DNA of 64,000 nt from a virus (IMGVR_UViG_3300043438_000976:100027-164026), one strand, 5' to 3'; numbered from the stretch's first letter, positions 23,355 to 33,322 are shown. Numbers and translations are program-made. The notes: a model not told the origin generated them from the sequence alone.

Positions 23355-25100
23355 TTACTGTCTAACTGTGGTGTTACATCCTGATAAAATTGCACAACTC
23401 TGTATTAGAGTAAAACTCTTGCCGCCGCTTTGTTCTAGATCTACAGTTGCGGCCCCGCCGGCATTGGTCACATCAATTCTTGCATTATTAGCCATGGAAC
23501 CAAATTGATTAACATTTACATTGTGCCCGTTGCCCGTCATCTTAACATCGAGATAATGTTGTCCCGTGCCTGTTTGGCTAGTGACTAGCGTATTGTTATT
23601 ACCGCTAACTGTGCTGAATAACAACTGACTGTTGCCCTGTGTGTGATTTGCAGTGTTGTTATTGCCGTTTATCACAGTTTCAGTATAATTAGTACCAATG
23701 GTATTTGTCTGGCTGGATGTCAAGTTATTTTGATAACCATTAACATCTGCTGTTACGTAGTTTGAACCAACTTGTGTGATGCCGATAGTATTAGTTCCAG
23801 CTCCGTCTAAAGTCAACTCAACTCGGTTCTTTGTTCCTGTTACGTTGATAGTTATGTTATTGTTGTCCCCACCTATCTGATCAACATGCACCGAATTACT
23901 ATAAGGTGAAGTACTGTTAACCCAAGTATTGATTCTAGTCTGTTGTGCAGCTCTACTAGAATTATTAACATAAGTACCGCCACTTTGTATAGTTTGATTT
24001 GATGGTGCATTTGTCTGTGTGATTGTTCCGCCTACTACAGTTGGACCGCAGTCAGCACAGACGCTGCCAGCAGTACCCGGATTGTTTGGAGTACTGCCCG
24101 AACCTGTTGCAGTGCTAGTGACTCCGTCATTTAAGTCGTAGTAAAAAGTGATTTCAGCGATCTGCATACTGTCGCAGTTAAGGCCGCATCCGTCTCCTGA
24201 TTTAGTAGTAGGGAATAAAATAAAGTAATAGACATAGGCAGTAGTGTTGCCTGTTTGTATCTCCGGACTGGTCCAAAATCTTTGATCGCTTAAAGACACG
24301 GTATCCTGTTTAATTAATACCCAATTTACGCCGTCATTGCTTCCGTAGAGTTTGTAACTAGTAGGATCGCGTCCTTCAAAGTCGTTAGCAGTAGTTAAGG
24401 TAAATTTTTGTACTACACGACCTTGACTTAATTTAACTGTAACTCCTGCATTCTTTTTATCAAAATTTAAGTATTTTGTACCAGTATTACCGTCGAACGC
24501 ATTGCCTGCACCTTCGCCTGCTGGACTGTTATTACTAGTTGGGTAAATGTTACTAATCACAACAGGCGTGCTGTTAGTCTTGATTGTTTTCCAATCAGTT
24601 GTAGGCGGAGGAGGGGCTGCTGTTTGTCCTGCTGATAACGGAGTTGAACTCGCATAGGTATAATTGTTTAAGTCTGTGCTAGTAACACTAGTATCCATGT
24701 TAGTGAAACTGGCACTAGCACCGTAGTTATAACCCTGAGCAGTAGTAATAACATTGCCAAAGAATCCCGAACCGATATAAAAAATGGCACCATTGCCTAG
24801 TGCTGTAATGTCACCGTGGTCGTGAACAATGCTGTGTTGTGTTCCATTGCTGTTCATTAACTTCAATCCGTGCTTACCTGGATTGGTTGTGCTGTCAAAG
24901 AATTGGAAGTACTGTCCTGAGGTTACGGTTACTGTTTGAAAGTTTTTATTATAAGGTGCAATAAAGTTGCTGGCGTTTAGTGTGTTACCACTCCAGTAAT
25001 ATTGAACATCGAATATTTGATTGATACCAAACTTACCGTCAGTGATAGCACCAAAGGCATTTGAACATAATAACATTAATGCTAATAATATTTTCTTCAT
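23355..25100 (-). CDS. secreted multidomain protein: F5/8 type C (discoidin) domain plus C-terminal curlin-like repeats
   Basis: signal peptide; NAFDGNTGTKYLNF...YKLYGSNDGVNWVLI discoidin signature; C-terminal S/N/Q/G/T repeats resembling CsgA repeats. Confidence 0.45.
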   Translation of the reverse strand: MKKILLALMLLCSNAFGAITDGKFGINQIFDVQYYWSGNTLNASNFIAPYNKNFQTVTVTSGQYFQFFDSTTNPGKHGLKLMNSNGTQHSIVHDHGDITALGNGAIFYIGSGFFGNVITTAQGYNYGASASFTNMDTSVTSTDLNNYTYASSTPLSAGQTAAPPPPTTDWKTIKTNSTPVVISNIYPTSNNSPAGEGAGNAFDGNTGTKYLNFDKKNAGVTVKLSQGRVVQKFTLTTANDFEGRDPTSYKLYGSNDGVNWVLIKQDTVSLSDQRFWTSPEIQTGNTTAYVYYFILFPTTKSGDGCGLNCDSMQIAEITFYYDLNDGVTSTATGSGSTPNNPGTAGSVCADCGPTVVGGTITQTNAPSNQTIQSGGTYVNNSSRAAQQTRINTWVNSTSPYSNSVHVDQIGGDNNNITINVTGTKNRVELTLDGAGTNTIGITQVGSNYVTADVNGYQNNLTSSQTNTIGTNYTETVINGNNNTANHTQGNSQLLFSTVSGNNNTLVTSQTGTGQHYLDVKMTGNGHNVNVNQFGSMANNARIDVTNAGGAATVDLEQSGGKSFTLIQSCAILSGCNTTVRQ

Positions 25101-26212
25101 CTTTGTACTATGGTAATAATAGTATTACCGCCCGAATTTACTCTGTTACTAAATTCAATACTACCTTGTATCTGCGTTATCAAACTGTTCTGTGTCAACG
25201 GTGTTGTTACGCATTGTATATCGCTACCGTTATCTCTACATAACCCAATTTGACCCTCGTCCTTAGTCACAATAATACCGCTTGCTCTTTTCCAGTCTGG
25301 CAATATGCTGTCCGTTTCGTCTTTTAGATAATCTTCATCTAAGCCGCTACCTATTACATCAAATATGTTAGCTAAAAAATTATTATCTAAAAAGTTACGA
25401 GTAAGTCTATCTTCAAAAAATTGTGCATTTTGTTGATCTAATTTGTTTTCAAGTCCTTGCTCTCTCAAGAAGTCAGCATCTAATGCATTATGATTTAGAC
25501 TTGTTTCTCTTTTACCGCCCTGCTTTAGTTCTTGTGGAGGACTTATGATTAACAAATTACTAATAGCATCTTCACTGAGAGTAAGGATAACAGGTTTAGT
25601 AGGCAGTGCAGCCCTGCTAGCTACTTTGGTTGCTTGGAATGCTTGATTAAGAATAACCTGACCAACATCTGTTTCAACTATGATAGTCCCTACAACACAA
25701 TTGGCTTCAATATCTCTATTTGTACGAGTAGGACGATCATTTGGGCAACTTGGTAACAAAATTACAGTACTGCCACCCATTTCATCTACGGTGGCGGTAA
25801 AATCAGTTCCACGAACTGAGATAGTAGCAGTGGGTGTGTTAACTGCAACGTTCTGCGGTGAGTTCTTGGCAATTTGTCCACTGGCGTATCTAACAGTGCC
25901 CAATGCAACTTTAACACCCAGCTTACCGGATTTTGATTTTGAATCGTATACAAAGTCGTCAATGACCAATCTAGAGTTTTCATTAACCTGTACTCGAGTC
26001 TGATCCTCGAACGTTATGCCCACTTTGCCCGCTGCTGTTTTCACAGAGTCGTTCATTTCTACTCCCGTGCCCTTGTTGCCTGTTAGAGTTGAATTCTTTC
26101 TCTGTATGCTGGGAGGTGCGTTCAGCAACTCCGTCACTGTTCCGATGCTGGCTTGACTGTTCAGCGAGGTACTGATCAATAAGCCTAATAAGATTAAGCG
26201 ACATACAGACAT
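25097..26212 (-). CDS. secreted FecR-domain-like protein in the curli-like operon
   Basis: signal peptide; TISVRGTDFTATV block typical of FecR domains. Confidence 0.35.
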   Translation of the reverse strand: MSVCRLILLGLLISTSLNSQASIGTVTELLNAPPSIQRKNSTLTGNKGTGVEMNDSVKTAAGKVGITFEDQTRVQVNENSRLVIDDFVYDSKSKSGKLGVKVALGTVRYASGQIAKNSPQNVAVNTPTATISVRGTDFTATVDEMGGSTVILLPSCPNDRPTRTNRDIEANCVVGTIIVETDVGQVILNQAFQATKVASRAALPTKPVILTLSEDAISNLLIISPPQELKQGGKRETSLNHNALDADFLREQGLENKLDQQNAQFFEDRLTRNFLDNNFLANIFDVIGSGLDEDYLKDETDSILPDWKRASGIIVTKDEGQIGLCRDNGSDIQCVTTPLTQNSLITQIQGSIEFSNRVNSGGNTIITIVQR

Positions 26213-26220
26213 CTCACACC

Positions 26221-27000
26221 TTAATTACCAGTAGTAATGCTGACTGTGTTTCCGCTTCCTGCCACAGCAAGATTAACATTGGTATTGATAGTACCACTTT
26301 GTACAACTGTGGTATTGTTATTAGATCCATTGATATTCAATGTTGCAATGTGTCCGTCGGCACCACCACCACTTTGAGTAATATTCGTTGCGTTACTAGC
26401 ACCTAATATGGTTAAATCTACTGTGCCTTTTGCACCAGTTAAATTTAGTGTAGTGTTATTTGCAGTTCCGCTACTCTTATTGATGTTTACAGTAACTTGA
26501 TCCGCATCAATTGTAGCAACAATTTGATTCAAGTTACCGTCTGTAACAGCATTGAATATGTTATTAGATCCTAGTAAATTAAGGTTAGCAATAGTATAAT
26601 CGCCTGTTTGATCAATAGAAACAGTATTACTATTTGCAGTACCCTGCTCGCTATTGTTCATATTGATAGTACCGATACCGCTATTACCTGTTACTCGATA
26701 TATAACACTAGTATCAACGCCGCCACTAGCTGTGGCAGTTACAACACCCAAGTTTAAAATGTTAGCACTACCAATTTGTTCAACAATCAAAGTTAAATTA
26801 TCACCTTTGATTTTTGACGGAGTAGTGTTGCCTGTGCCCGTGCCTTGTATGCCGCGGACGCGGTTGGTTGCACCATCTTGTAGCATAGTGATAACAGAGT
26901 TGTCACCTGTTTGATCAATATAGATACTATTGTCTGCTGCGAAAACTTGTAAAGCGACTAACATCACAATCGCTGTCATTACTTGATTTAGCTTCTTCAT
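26221..27000 (-). CDS. curlin-repeat (CsgA/CsgB-like) secreted protein
   Basis: signal peptide; repeats of S-x-I-x-IDQTGD-N-S / Q.G..N pattern resembling curlin pseudorepeats. Confidence 0.5.
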   Translation of the reverse strand: MKKLNQVMTAIVMLVALQVFAADNSIYIDQTGDNSVITMLQDGATNRVRGIQGTGTGNTTPSKIKGDNLTLIVEQIGSANILNLGVVTATASGGVDTSVIYRVTGNSGIGTINMNNSEQGTANSNTVSIDQTGDYTIANLNLLGSNNIFNAVTDGNLNQIVATIDADQVTVNINKSSGTANNTTLNLTGAKGTVDLTILGASNATNITQSGGGADGHIATLNINGSNNNTTVVQSGTINTNVNLAVAGSGNTVSITTGN

Positions 27001-27056
27001 GTTTTTATCAGTTCTTTTGAAACTGCTCCTTGGGGTGTTATGTATTGCTCCCCGAC

Positions 27057-27971
27057 TTACTTGGCCCTGACTTCTTTGCTTCCTTCAGCATCTTTTCTGA
27101 CACTGGACTGCGGCGTTGCGGAAGGGCCTTCTGGGGCTCTTTCGCTTTCGGTGTTCTTTTGAACCAACTCATTTTTTGCTCCCTTATAATTCCAAAGCCC
27201 CTTACGAGCTCCTTCTTTGATAAGTTCAACCACTCCGGCTTCGATTGCTGATTTTACAGCATATGTTCCTGGCTCGTTTATTGTTAATCCTGCTTCGCCT
27301 TCAAATGCCCTAGTGCCTAGGTCAAAGAATTTAAGAGCAGTTATTGCATCAGCCGAACTAAGAATTGTTTTTTGCACAGTTACAGATGCTAATACTTTTC
27401 CAGTATTAACACTCACTGCTCTTAGGCTTATGGTTACAATATCCTGACTCCACTGAGTCTGTTTTCCAATACCAAAGACTCTTGCACCAATGCCGCCACT
27501 CTTTGTTGAACTGTCATAACCTACTATACCACCTTCAATAATCATGCCAGCAAACTGCATTGGCATTAATGGCTTTGCAGCCGCTCCTTCATATGCTTCA
27601 CGCATCTGACGAATAATTAATCTTTCTTTGGTCAAGTTATCGATACCTACCCGCTCAACAACATCAAACCATTGTCCTCGACCTACATCTTGCAGTGCTT
27701 TGATCAAGAAGCTTTCTGCACCTTGTGTAACTGCGGAACTTAAACTGGCAATATTGGCCTGCGGCTTTCTCTGACCAGTCATATCTTTAAAACTATACAC
27801 CGCAACACTAACAGGTTTTCCGTGTGCAGGCTCCTGTATAGTATCAAATTCTTTCTGCATCATCACTGCGGTAACTTCGGGCTTGTCCGCCTCTACTAAA
27901 GGATTATTTTGATGTATTGCACACCCTGTTAGAAAACTTGTAAAGACTAGTACTAATAATATTTTTTTCAT
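27057..27971 (-). CDS. csgG: curli production assembly/transport lipoprotein CsgG
   Basis: lipobox LTGCA; near-colinear similarity to E. coli CsgG (VYSFKDMTGQRKP, IIEGGIVGYDSSTKSGGIGARVFGIG, KTILSS). Confidence 0.9.
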   Translation of the reverse strand: MKKILLVLVFTSFLTGCAIHQNNPLVEADKPEVTAVMMQKEFDTIQEPAHGKPVSVAVYSFKDMTGQRKPQANIASLSSAVTQGAESFLIKALQDVGRGQWFDVVERVGIDNLTKERLIIRQMREAYEGAAAKPLMPMQFAGMIIEGGIVGYDSSTKSGGIGARVFGIGKQTQWSQDIVTISLRAVSVNTGKVLASVTVQKTILSSADAITALKFFDLGTRAFEGEAGLTINEPGTYAVKSAIEAGVVELIKEGARKGLWNYKGAKNELVQKNTESERAPEGPSATPQSSVRKDAEGSKEVRAK

Positions 27972-27972
27972 A

Positions 27973-28455
27973 TTATATCCCCGGAACTACAAATTGACTT
28001 AACGGAATATCAATAGTGGTATTGATATCTGGACCTACTACAGTTAGACGAATAAAGTTGCCGTCTACTAATATAACTTTTTGCCAGCTGATTTTGCTGC
28101 CTTGGAAATCAACCTCACCTTTACAATCTGCTGTAGGAGTAGTACTGGTGCATCCGCTATTAGAAAACATAGCAGTTGCTACGTTTTGGCTAACTTGTGC
28201 ATAGATTCTAGACTCTAAGTTGTTTAAAAACTTAGCCAAGTTAGTGTTCTTTTTGTCAGCAGCCTCTTTGTCTAATGCTGCTTGAAGTCTATCTTGTAGA
28301 GCTTTTCTACGAGTCGCTTCTTGATTTTCGATAGTTAAGACGTGACTACTGTAACCTGCTCCGTTGAAGGCCGGACTTTTAAAAGTAAAGTCATTTATTG
28401 GTGCAGCCTGTACCGTCATTGCAGACAAGGCCAGGCCGAGAATTAAAAATCGCAT
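27973..28455 (-). CDS. csgF: curli assembly protein CsgF-like
   Basis: signal peptide then FTFKSPAFNGAGYSSHVL matching the CsgF N-terminus FQFRNPNFGGNPNNGAFLL; translationally coupled to csgG. Confidence 0.65.
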   Translation of the reverse strand: MRFLILGLALSAMTVQAAPINDFTFKSPAFNGAGYSSHVLTIENQEATRRKALQDRLQAALDKEAADKKNTNLAKFLNNLESRIYAQVSQNVATAMFSNSGCTSTTPTADCKGEVDFQGSKISWQKVILVDGNFIRLTVVGPDINTTIDIPLSQFVVPGI

Positions 28456-28531
28456 CCTAAGTCCCCAGTATAGTGTATTAGTATTTACAGGGTCAGAATG
28501 CGATATTTACATAGCAGTTTATTAATCTAGA

Positions 28532-30220
28532 TTAAATTCCTGGTTTGATACCAGTTTGGGGTGCAGGAGTTGAGCCCAGTGTGCCTTTGGGCTGTACCGG
28601 TGCTCCTATTTTGGGCTTGCTTACCGCTAGTGCAGGCTGTTTTGGCGTAGCTACTGGCGGTTTTGCAACTGGGGCTTTTGCAACAGGCATTGAAACAGGT
28701 GCAGGCTGCTGCATAGTATCTTCTGGATTCTTTTCGAGATAATTTTCGATATCTGCTATTTTCTTTAACAAAGGACCCATATTGATTCTATTTCTAATTG
28801 CATTAGTTCTGCTATCATATTGAGATCTTAGATCAATTAATCTTGTGGGCTCACCTTGTTTTTTAGGAATAAATTTACTAGCCAATTGAGTTTTTGGTAA
28901 TCCGTAAACAGAAAGAGCATATCCTGTTGCCTGTCTAAAATCCACTACTAATTGAAGCTGACGTAATGCATCTTCAAAATCTTTACCAAATTCTAATTCA
29001 GAGAATGCTTTTTTACTATCAGGATCTAAAATAACCATTTCGACTCCTGCTTCGTTTCTAGTTAAATGATTAAGTAGCCCTCTATAAACATTTTCAACAA
29101 ATCCGTCGGGATCTCTTTTTGCCTGTATAGATAACTGTTTAGCTATAAATTCGTATGATACTGCAAAACTATTTTCAAAGTTTTCTTTTTTCTTAACATT
29201 CCATTCTGCAGGTGCTTGTTTAGGAATTTCATGAAATTTCTTTCTAAAAGTTTCTGGTAAACCTAATCCTACAATTGAAGTAAAAAACTCATTTAAGTTG
29301 TTAAAATTATGTCCACCGGCCTGACCAAACTGTTCAACGTTTCCGGCCTTTACACTTAATAATCGTTTAGCAGTTTCTTTACCATCTATTAAGATTTTTA
29401 AGTCAACTTTGGTTGTATTTTGATTTTCTTTTTCAGCACCGTCACTGATAACGTCGATCTTATTTTTACCCGGATCATCTACTGCTTCACTAACTGCACT
29501 TAATATTTTTTTTGATTTGTTGGCGTACTCTATTGCACTCTTAAGTCTTTGATCGAACATTTTTATACTATCATCGGGAACTTTATAGTCTTTGAGAGTT
29601 TTGCCTCTGCTATCCTCGTTGAGCCAGGCGTAAAACGCCTTTTTGTCCATAAAAGGAATAGTAACTTTAAATTCTAAAACATCTTTGCCTGCTTGTAAAT
29701 TTAGTTGCCCTCTATTTTTTGCTAACTGTTTTGCTAAATTAACAACCTGAGCTTCGGTTATCATGCCGCCTTGATTGCTAAATTTAGCAGCAACGGCACA
29801 TCCTAGAATTGCTTCGGAAACATTACCCATGTTAGGTTTTAATACCCCGGTGACCTTTTCATCTTTGAAAATATTACCCGGCCTAACATTTTCCCAAATC
29901 TCGCCATTAGGTTCCAAAGTTTCGTCGTCGACTTCCTCTACATCGAAATACACATCACTAAAATCTTTATTCTTAATTGCACGTTTCATCTGTGCAACCA
30001 CATCTTGCGGATTTTGTACTATACCCATGAAGTTTGTTGGACTACTAGGATTCTTTTTACTAGTACTACCACCTACTCCGAAAGAATAAACTTGATTGTT
30101 TAAAATACCTTCAAAAAATAGAATATAGTATTTGTCTTTTAGCCAGTCATTATCTGACCCGCCCTGGCTCATTAGTTTTTCAACTAGAAAAGATTCTTTT
30201 AAAAATTCACGTGCTCGCAT
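28532..30220 (-). CDS. large hypothetical protein with CTS-like N-terminus (MRAREFLKES) and Pro/Ala-rich C-terminal tail
   Basis: 562 aa; N-terminal motif shared with 22084 ORF; C-terminal PVAKAPVAKPPVATPKQP repeats. Confidence 0.3.
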   Translation of the reverse strand: MRAREFLKESFLVEKLMSQGGSDNDWLKDKYYILFFEGILNNQVYSFGVGGSTSKKNPSSPTNFMGIVQNPQDVVAQMKRAIKNKDFSDVYFDVEEVDDETLEPNGEIWENVRPGNIFKDEKVTGVLKPNMGNVSEAILGCAVAAKFSNQGGMITEAQVVNLAKQLAKNRGQLNLQAGKDVLEFKVTIPFMDKKAFYAWLNEDSRGKTLKDYKVPDDSIKMFDQRLKSAIEYANKSKKILSAVSEAVDDPGKNKIDVISDGAEKENQNTTKVDLKILIDGKETAKRLLSVKAGNVEQFGQAGGHNFNNLNEFFTSIVGLGLPETFRKKFHEIPKQAPAEWNVKKKENFENSFAVSYEFIAKQLSIQAKRDPDGFVENVYRGLLNHLTRNEAGVEMVILDPDSKKAFSELEFGKDFEDALRQLQLVVDFRQATGYALSVYGLPKTQLASKFIPKKQGEPTRLIDLRSQYDSRTNAIRNRINMGPLLKKIADIENYLEKNPEDTMQQPAPVSMPVAKAPVAKPPVATPKQPALAVSKPKIGAPVQPKGTLGSTPAPQTGIKPGI

Positions 30221-30226
30221 AATAAG

Positions 30227-30895
30227 TTATTTACCAATTTCAGGGAACAGCACTTGCTCAACAAACTGTCGGATAGTTGCTTCCGGCACTCCCATAGCAA
30301 TCATGCTGCGATACACATGGGGATTTTGTTTCTGATTTTGACAGTAGTAATTTTGTTGGTCAGTAACATCGACCCCGTTAATGCGATCTCCTACATTGTG
30401 TAGATAGTAATCTAGGGTTTTAATTCCTAGATCTATAATATTATCTAACTCGTGCTGCTCGCTAATATTACCCGCTGCTACCATAGCAGGGCTAAAAATA
30501 TTACGAGCCCACCCGGGTAATTCTCGTTTCTTGTTCCAAGTTACGTCTTTTACAGTATCTGCAAACCAGTCGTGCAACCAATGGCTTTTGCTTACTAGAC
30601 TAAAATCATGAAACGCACCTGTGATCTTGTTCTTGCCGCAGACAGCATCAAAACCCCAGATAGGACTAGGATCGTCTGGGTGTGGGAATACTGTTGCATG
30701 TAGGATGTATATTCCGTGTGTTGTAGTCTTGTCTACTACTTCCACGTGTCCTCTACGAAACAGATTACTATGGTATACATGATTTTCCCAGTCGTATTGA
30801 TCTAAACTAGGATCTTCTGCTCTGTACCCTGCATGTTCCATCATGGCCTGCATAGTTTCAGCACACTGCTGCATCTGTGTCCATACTGTGCTCAT
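30227..30895 (-). CDS. ferredoxin-dependent bilin reductase (PebA/PebB/PcyX-like), paralogue 1
   Basis: HVEVVD...VFPHPDDPSPIWGFDAVCGKNKITGAFHDFS matches the FDBR core. Confidence 0.55.
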   Translation of the reverse strand: MSTVWTQMQQCAETMQAMMEHAGYRAEDPSLDQYDWENHVYHSNLFRRGHVEVVDKTTTHGIYILHATVFPHPDDPSPIWGFDAVCGKNKITGAFHDFSLVSKSHWLHDWFADTVKDVTWNKKRELPGWARNIFSPAMVAAGNISEQHELDNIIDLGIKTLDYYLHNVGDRINGVDVTDQQNYYCQNQKQNPHVYRSMIAMGVPEATIRQFVEQVLFPEIGK

Positions 30896-31608
30896 TGATG
30901 TGTTCCTATCTTAGGAAACAGGCAGTCCTGTATAAACACACGAACGTCTTCTGGATTCAAACCCAATGCAGTCATTACTTTAGGAGTATGGGGATTCTGT
31001 CTTTGATTTTCACAATAGTAATCCTGTGCAGGACCAGTGTCTAATGCAGTTCCGTTTGTCTCGCCTACTGTGTTAATGAAATGCTTTAAGTTATTAATAG
31101 CAGTAAAATACAGTTGTTGAAGCTCAGTTGGATCGTTAACGTTTCCCGCACTGATCATGCTAGGAGTAAAGATACGCTCTGCCCAGTCGGGCAAACGTCT
31201 AACTTTGTTCCACTCTAATTTTTGTGCTTCGTCTGCAAAATAATCTAGCATCGGATGCTCTGGATCACCAGCAGGACTAAAGTCGTGAAACGCACCTGTT
31301 ACTTTGTTTTTGCCAGCTACTACATCAAATCCAAAGATAGGTGCAGGATTATGAGTATGCGGAAACACACAGCAATGCATCATCCATAGGCCCTTGGTTT
31401 CTCTAGCATCTACTACATCGATGTGTGCTCTGCGATATAAGCTACTGGTCCAGACTTTGTTGTACCAACTGAATCTTTCTAAGCCCGGCTCTTGTACTTC
31501 TGTACCACTGAGATTGAATTGTCTTTCAAACTCAGTTTGTATATCAATTAGACTGTTCCAGACCAAGCTCATTGTTATATGACTCCATAATTTTGATAGC
31601 CCATTCAA
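30892..31608 (-). CDS. ferredoxin-dependent bilin reductase, paralogue 2
   Basis: HIDVVD...VFPHTHNPAPIFGFDVVAGKNKVTGAFHDFSP; tandem with paralogue 1. Confidence 0.55.
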   Translation of the reverse strand: MNGLSKLWSHITMSLVWNSLIDIQTEFERQFNLSGTEVQEPGLERFSWYNKVWTSSLYRRAHIDVVDARETKGLWMMHCCVFPHTHNPAPIFGFDVVAGKNKVTGAFHDFSPAGDPEHPMLDYFADEAQKLEWNKVRRLPDWAERIFTPSMISAGNVNDPTELQQLYFTAINNLKHFINTVGETNGTALDTGPAQDYYCENQRQNPHTPKVMTALGLNPEDVRVFIQDCLFPKIGTHQ

Positions 31609-32095
31609 AAGCTACATTGGCTTCGTCGCCCATGCTGTCATCTAACTTAGCACGAATGTTAGTTTTTAATGTGTTAGCATCTTCAAATTCTAAATTGCGA
31701 TGCGGACCCGGAACAATCTTCTTAATCATTTGTCCGCCGAACATATCTCCCATATGCCACACATATAAATGTGCCATAACCTTATTAGGATCTTGACTGA
31801 TGCTTAATATATAGTTGTAATAATCAATAACCAATGGGCGATATGAGTGACGAGGATTTTGCCCGTTCATCTCATTGTAGTCCATGTTTAGATAAAATTC
31901 TCTACGCAGATCGGGCAAGTCGCCTAGTAATCTGTTAGCACCGGCTGCACCTTCGATTGCACCGTAAAATAAGGACTTTTGTAAAGTCCAGTCTGTCCAT
32001 ATTTCTCTGGGTAATGTCTTTGCAAACACTGCCTTCATAAAAGGTGTGTGTTCTGCACGATCGTGATTTTCTGCTGTTAATTCTTTAAGACTCAT
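31544..32095 (-). CDS. heme oxygenase
   Basis: N-terminal LKELTAENHDRAEHTPFMK... proximal-helix region resembles HO-1; 183 aa; immediately upstream of the bilin reductases. Confidence 0.5.
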   Translation of the reverse strand: MSLKELTAENHDRAEHTPFMKAVFAKTLPREIWTDWTLQKSLFYGAIEGAAGANRLLGDLPDLRREFYLNMDYNEMNGQNPRHSYRPLVIDYYNYILSISQDPNKVMAHLYVWHMGDMFGGQMIKKIVPGPHRNLEFEDANTLKTNIRAKLDDSMGDEANVAFEWAIKIMESYNNELGLEQSN

Positions 32096-33322
32096 TTAAT
32101 CCTCGTAACGTTCTAATACTGCACAAGCAGCCCTGCCGCCGAATGCAAAATTGTTCTTTATTGCATACTTAGTTGCAATCACCGTGGCCTTGGTAGGAAT
32201 ATTGATTCCTACATCAATTGGGTTAGTTAAATTTACAGTAGGGGGTGATATTTGATCTCGTAGTGCTAACACAGTGTAGATAGTTTCAACAATTCCGCTT
32301 GCAGCCAACGTGTGTCCAATTTGTCCTTTATTTGCCGTCATTGTTGTGCCTGGCAACAACTCACGCATGGCATAAAATTCAATGTCATCTCCGACTTTAG
32401 TTCCGGTAGCGTGTGCATTAATATATCCGACATCGGCTAACTGTATGCCTGCTTGTTTTATTGCTCTGGTTACTGCTAACTTTGCAGCGTCACCGTTTTT
32501 ATCTGGGGCAGTATCATTATTACCAGCTGTGGCAATTCCCACAGACTTGATTATTCCGTAAATCTTTGCACCCCGTGCTTTGGCTTTATCTAACGGTTCG
32601 ATAATTAGTGTGCCAGCAGCTTCTCCTGCTACAAATCCTGATCTATCTTTGTCAAAAGGTCTACTGGCAATTTCTGCTGGTTGTAAACTTAATGCACCGA
32701 GATTTTGAAAGTAGTATACTTGGAAGCCTTCAATGGGTACGTCGGCACCTCCCACAATGACAGCATCGAGATCGTCATTAAATTCTAGTTGCTTAATAGC
32801 ATAATCAATACCAGTTAGTCCAGTTGAACATGCAGAGTGCATCGAAGTTGAACCACCGTTGCATTCGTATATCCTAGCAATCAATCCGCTAATGTAATCC
32901 GCAGTTGCTTGTATTACCTGCCTTGGTGAAACTCTTTCGCGGCCATCTTCTAGTTGTCGCATCATGTATGCTCTACTATGTAAACTTCCACCAGTGGTAC
33001 TAAACACTACTGAAACATTTTTGCTAGTAAGATTGCTGTCTCTGATAGCATCTCTAGCAGTGTGCATTGATATTTTAACACACGGATCCCAATACTGGTG
33101 ATGCCCTCCAAATTCTGCTTCTTCAAACGCAGGTAACGGACACGGTGCTCCAGAAGAGACAATTAAAGATTTATGTGTTCTTGGAAATTTTGTCGGATTA
33201 TCTTCAGGCCATTTGATCTGTTTAATTGCAGTTTCTCCTGCTAACAGATTTTTCCAGTTTTCTTGAACACTTGCACCTAGCCCATTAATGATTCCTATTC
33301 CAGTAACGGCGTATTGTTTCAT
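32096..33322 (-). CDS. fabF: beta-ketoacyl-ACP synthase II (FabF-like)
   Basis: active-site Cys region HSACSTG, His motifs NAHATGT and GHTLAASG; 408 aa. Confidence 0.85.
   Translation of the reverse strand: MKQYAVTGIGIINGLGASVQENWKNLLAGETAIKQIKWPEDNPTKFPRTHKSLIVSSGAPCPLPAFEEAEFGGHHQYWDPCVKISMHTARDAIRDSNLTSKNVSVVFSTTGGSLHSRAYMMRQLEDGRERVSPRQVIQATADYISGLIARIYECNGGSTSMHSACSTGLTGIDYAIKQLEFNDDLDAVIVGGADVPIEGFQVYYFQNLGALSLQPAEIASRPFDKDRSGFVAGEAAGTLIIEPLDKAKARGAKIYGIIKSVGIATAGNNDTAPDKNGDAAKLAVTRAIKQAGIQLADVGYINAHATGTKVGDDIEFYAMRELLPGTTMTANKGQIGHTLAASGIVETIYTVLALRDQISPPTVNLTNPIDVGINIPTKATVIATKYAIKNNFAFGGRAACAVLERYED

Noticed and set aside
9589-29000. Short antisense ORFs inside large genes (e.g. 9589..9783, 10777..10986, 16499..16795, 18268..18501, 18556..19002, 20724..21005, 25680..26003, 26654..26914, 27038..27447, 28545..28742)
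   Set aside because: Embedded on the opposite strand of well-supported CDSs, with no SD and no motifs; typical AT-rich reading-frame noise.
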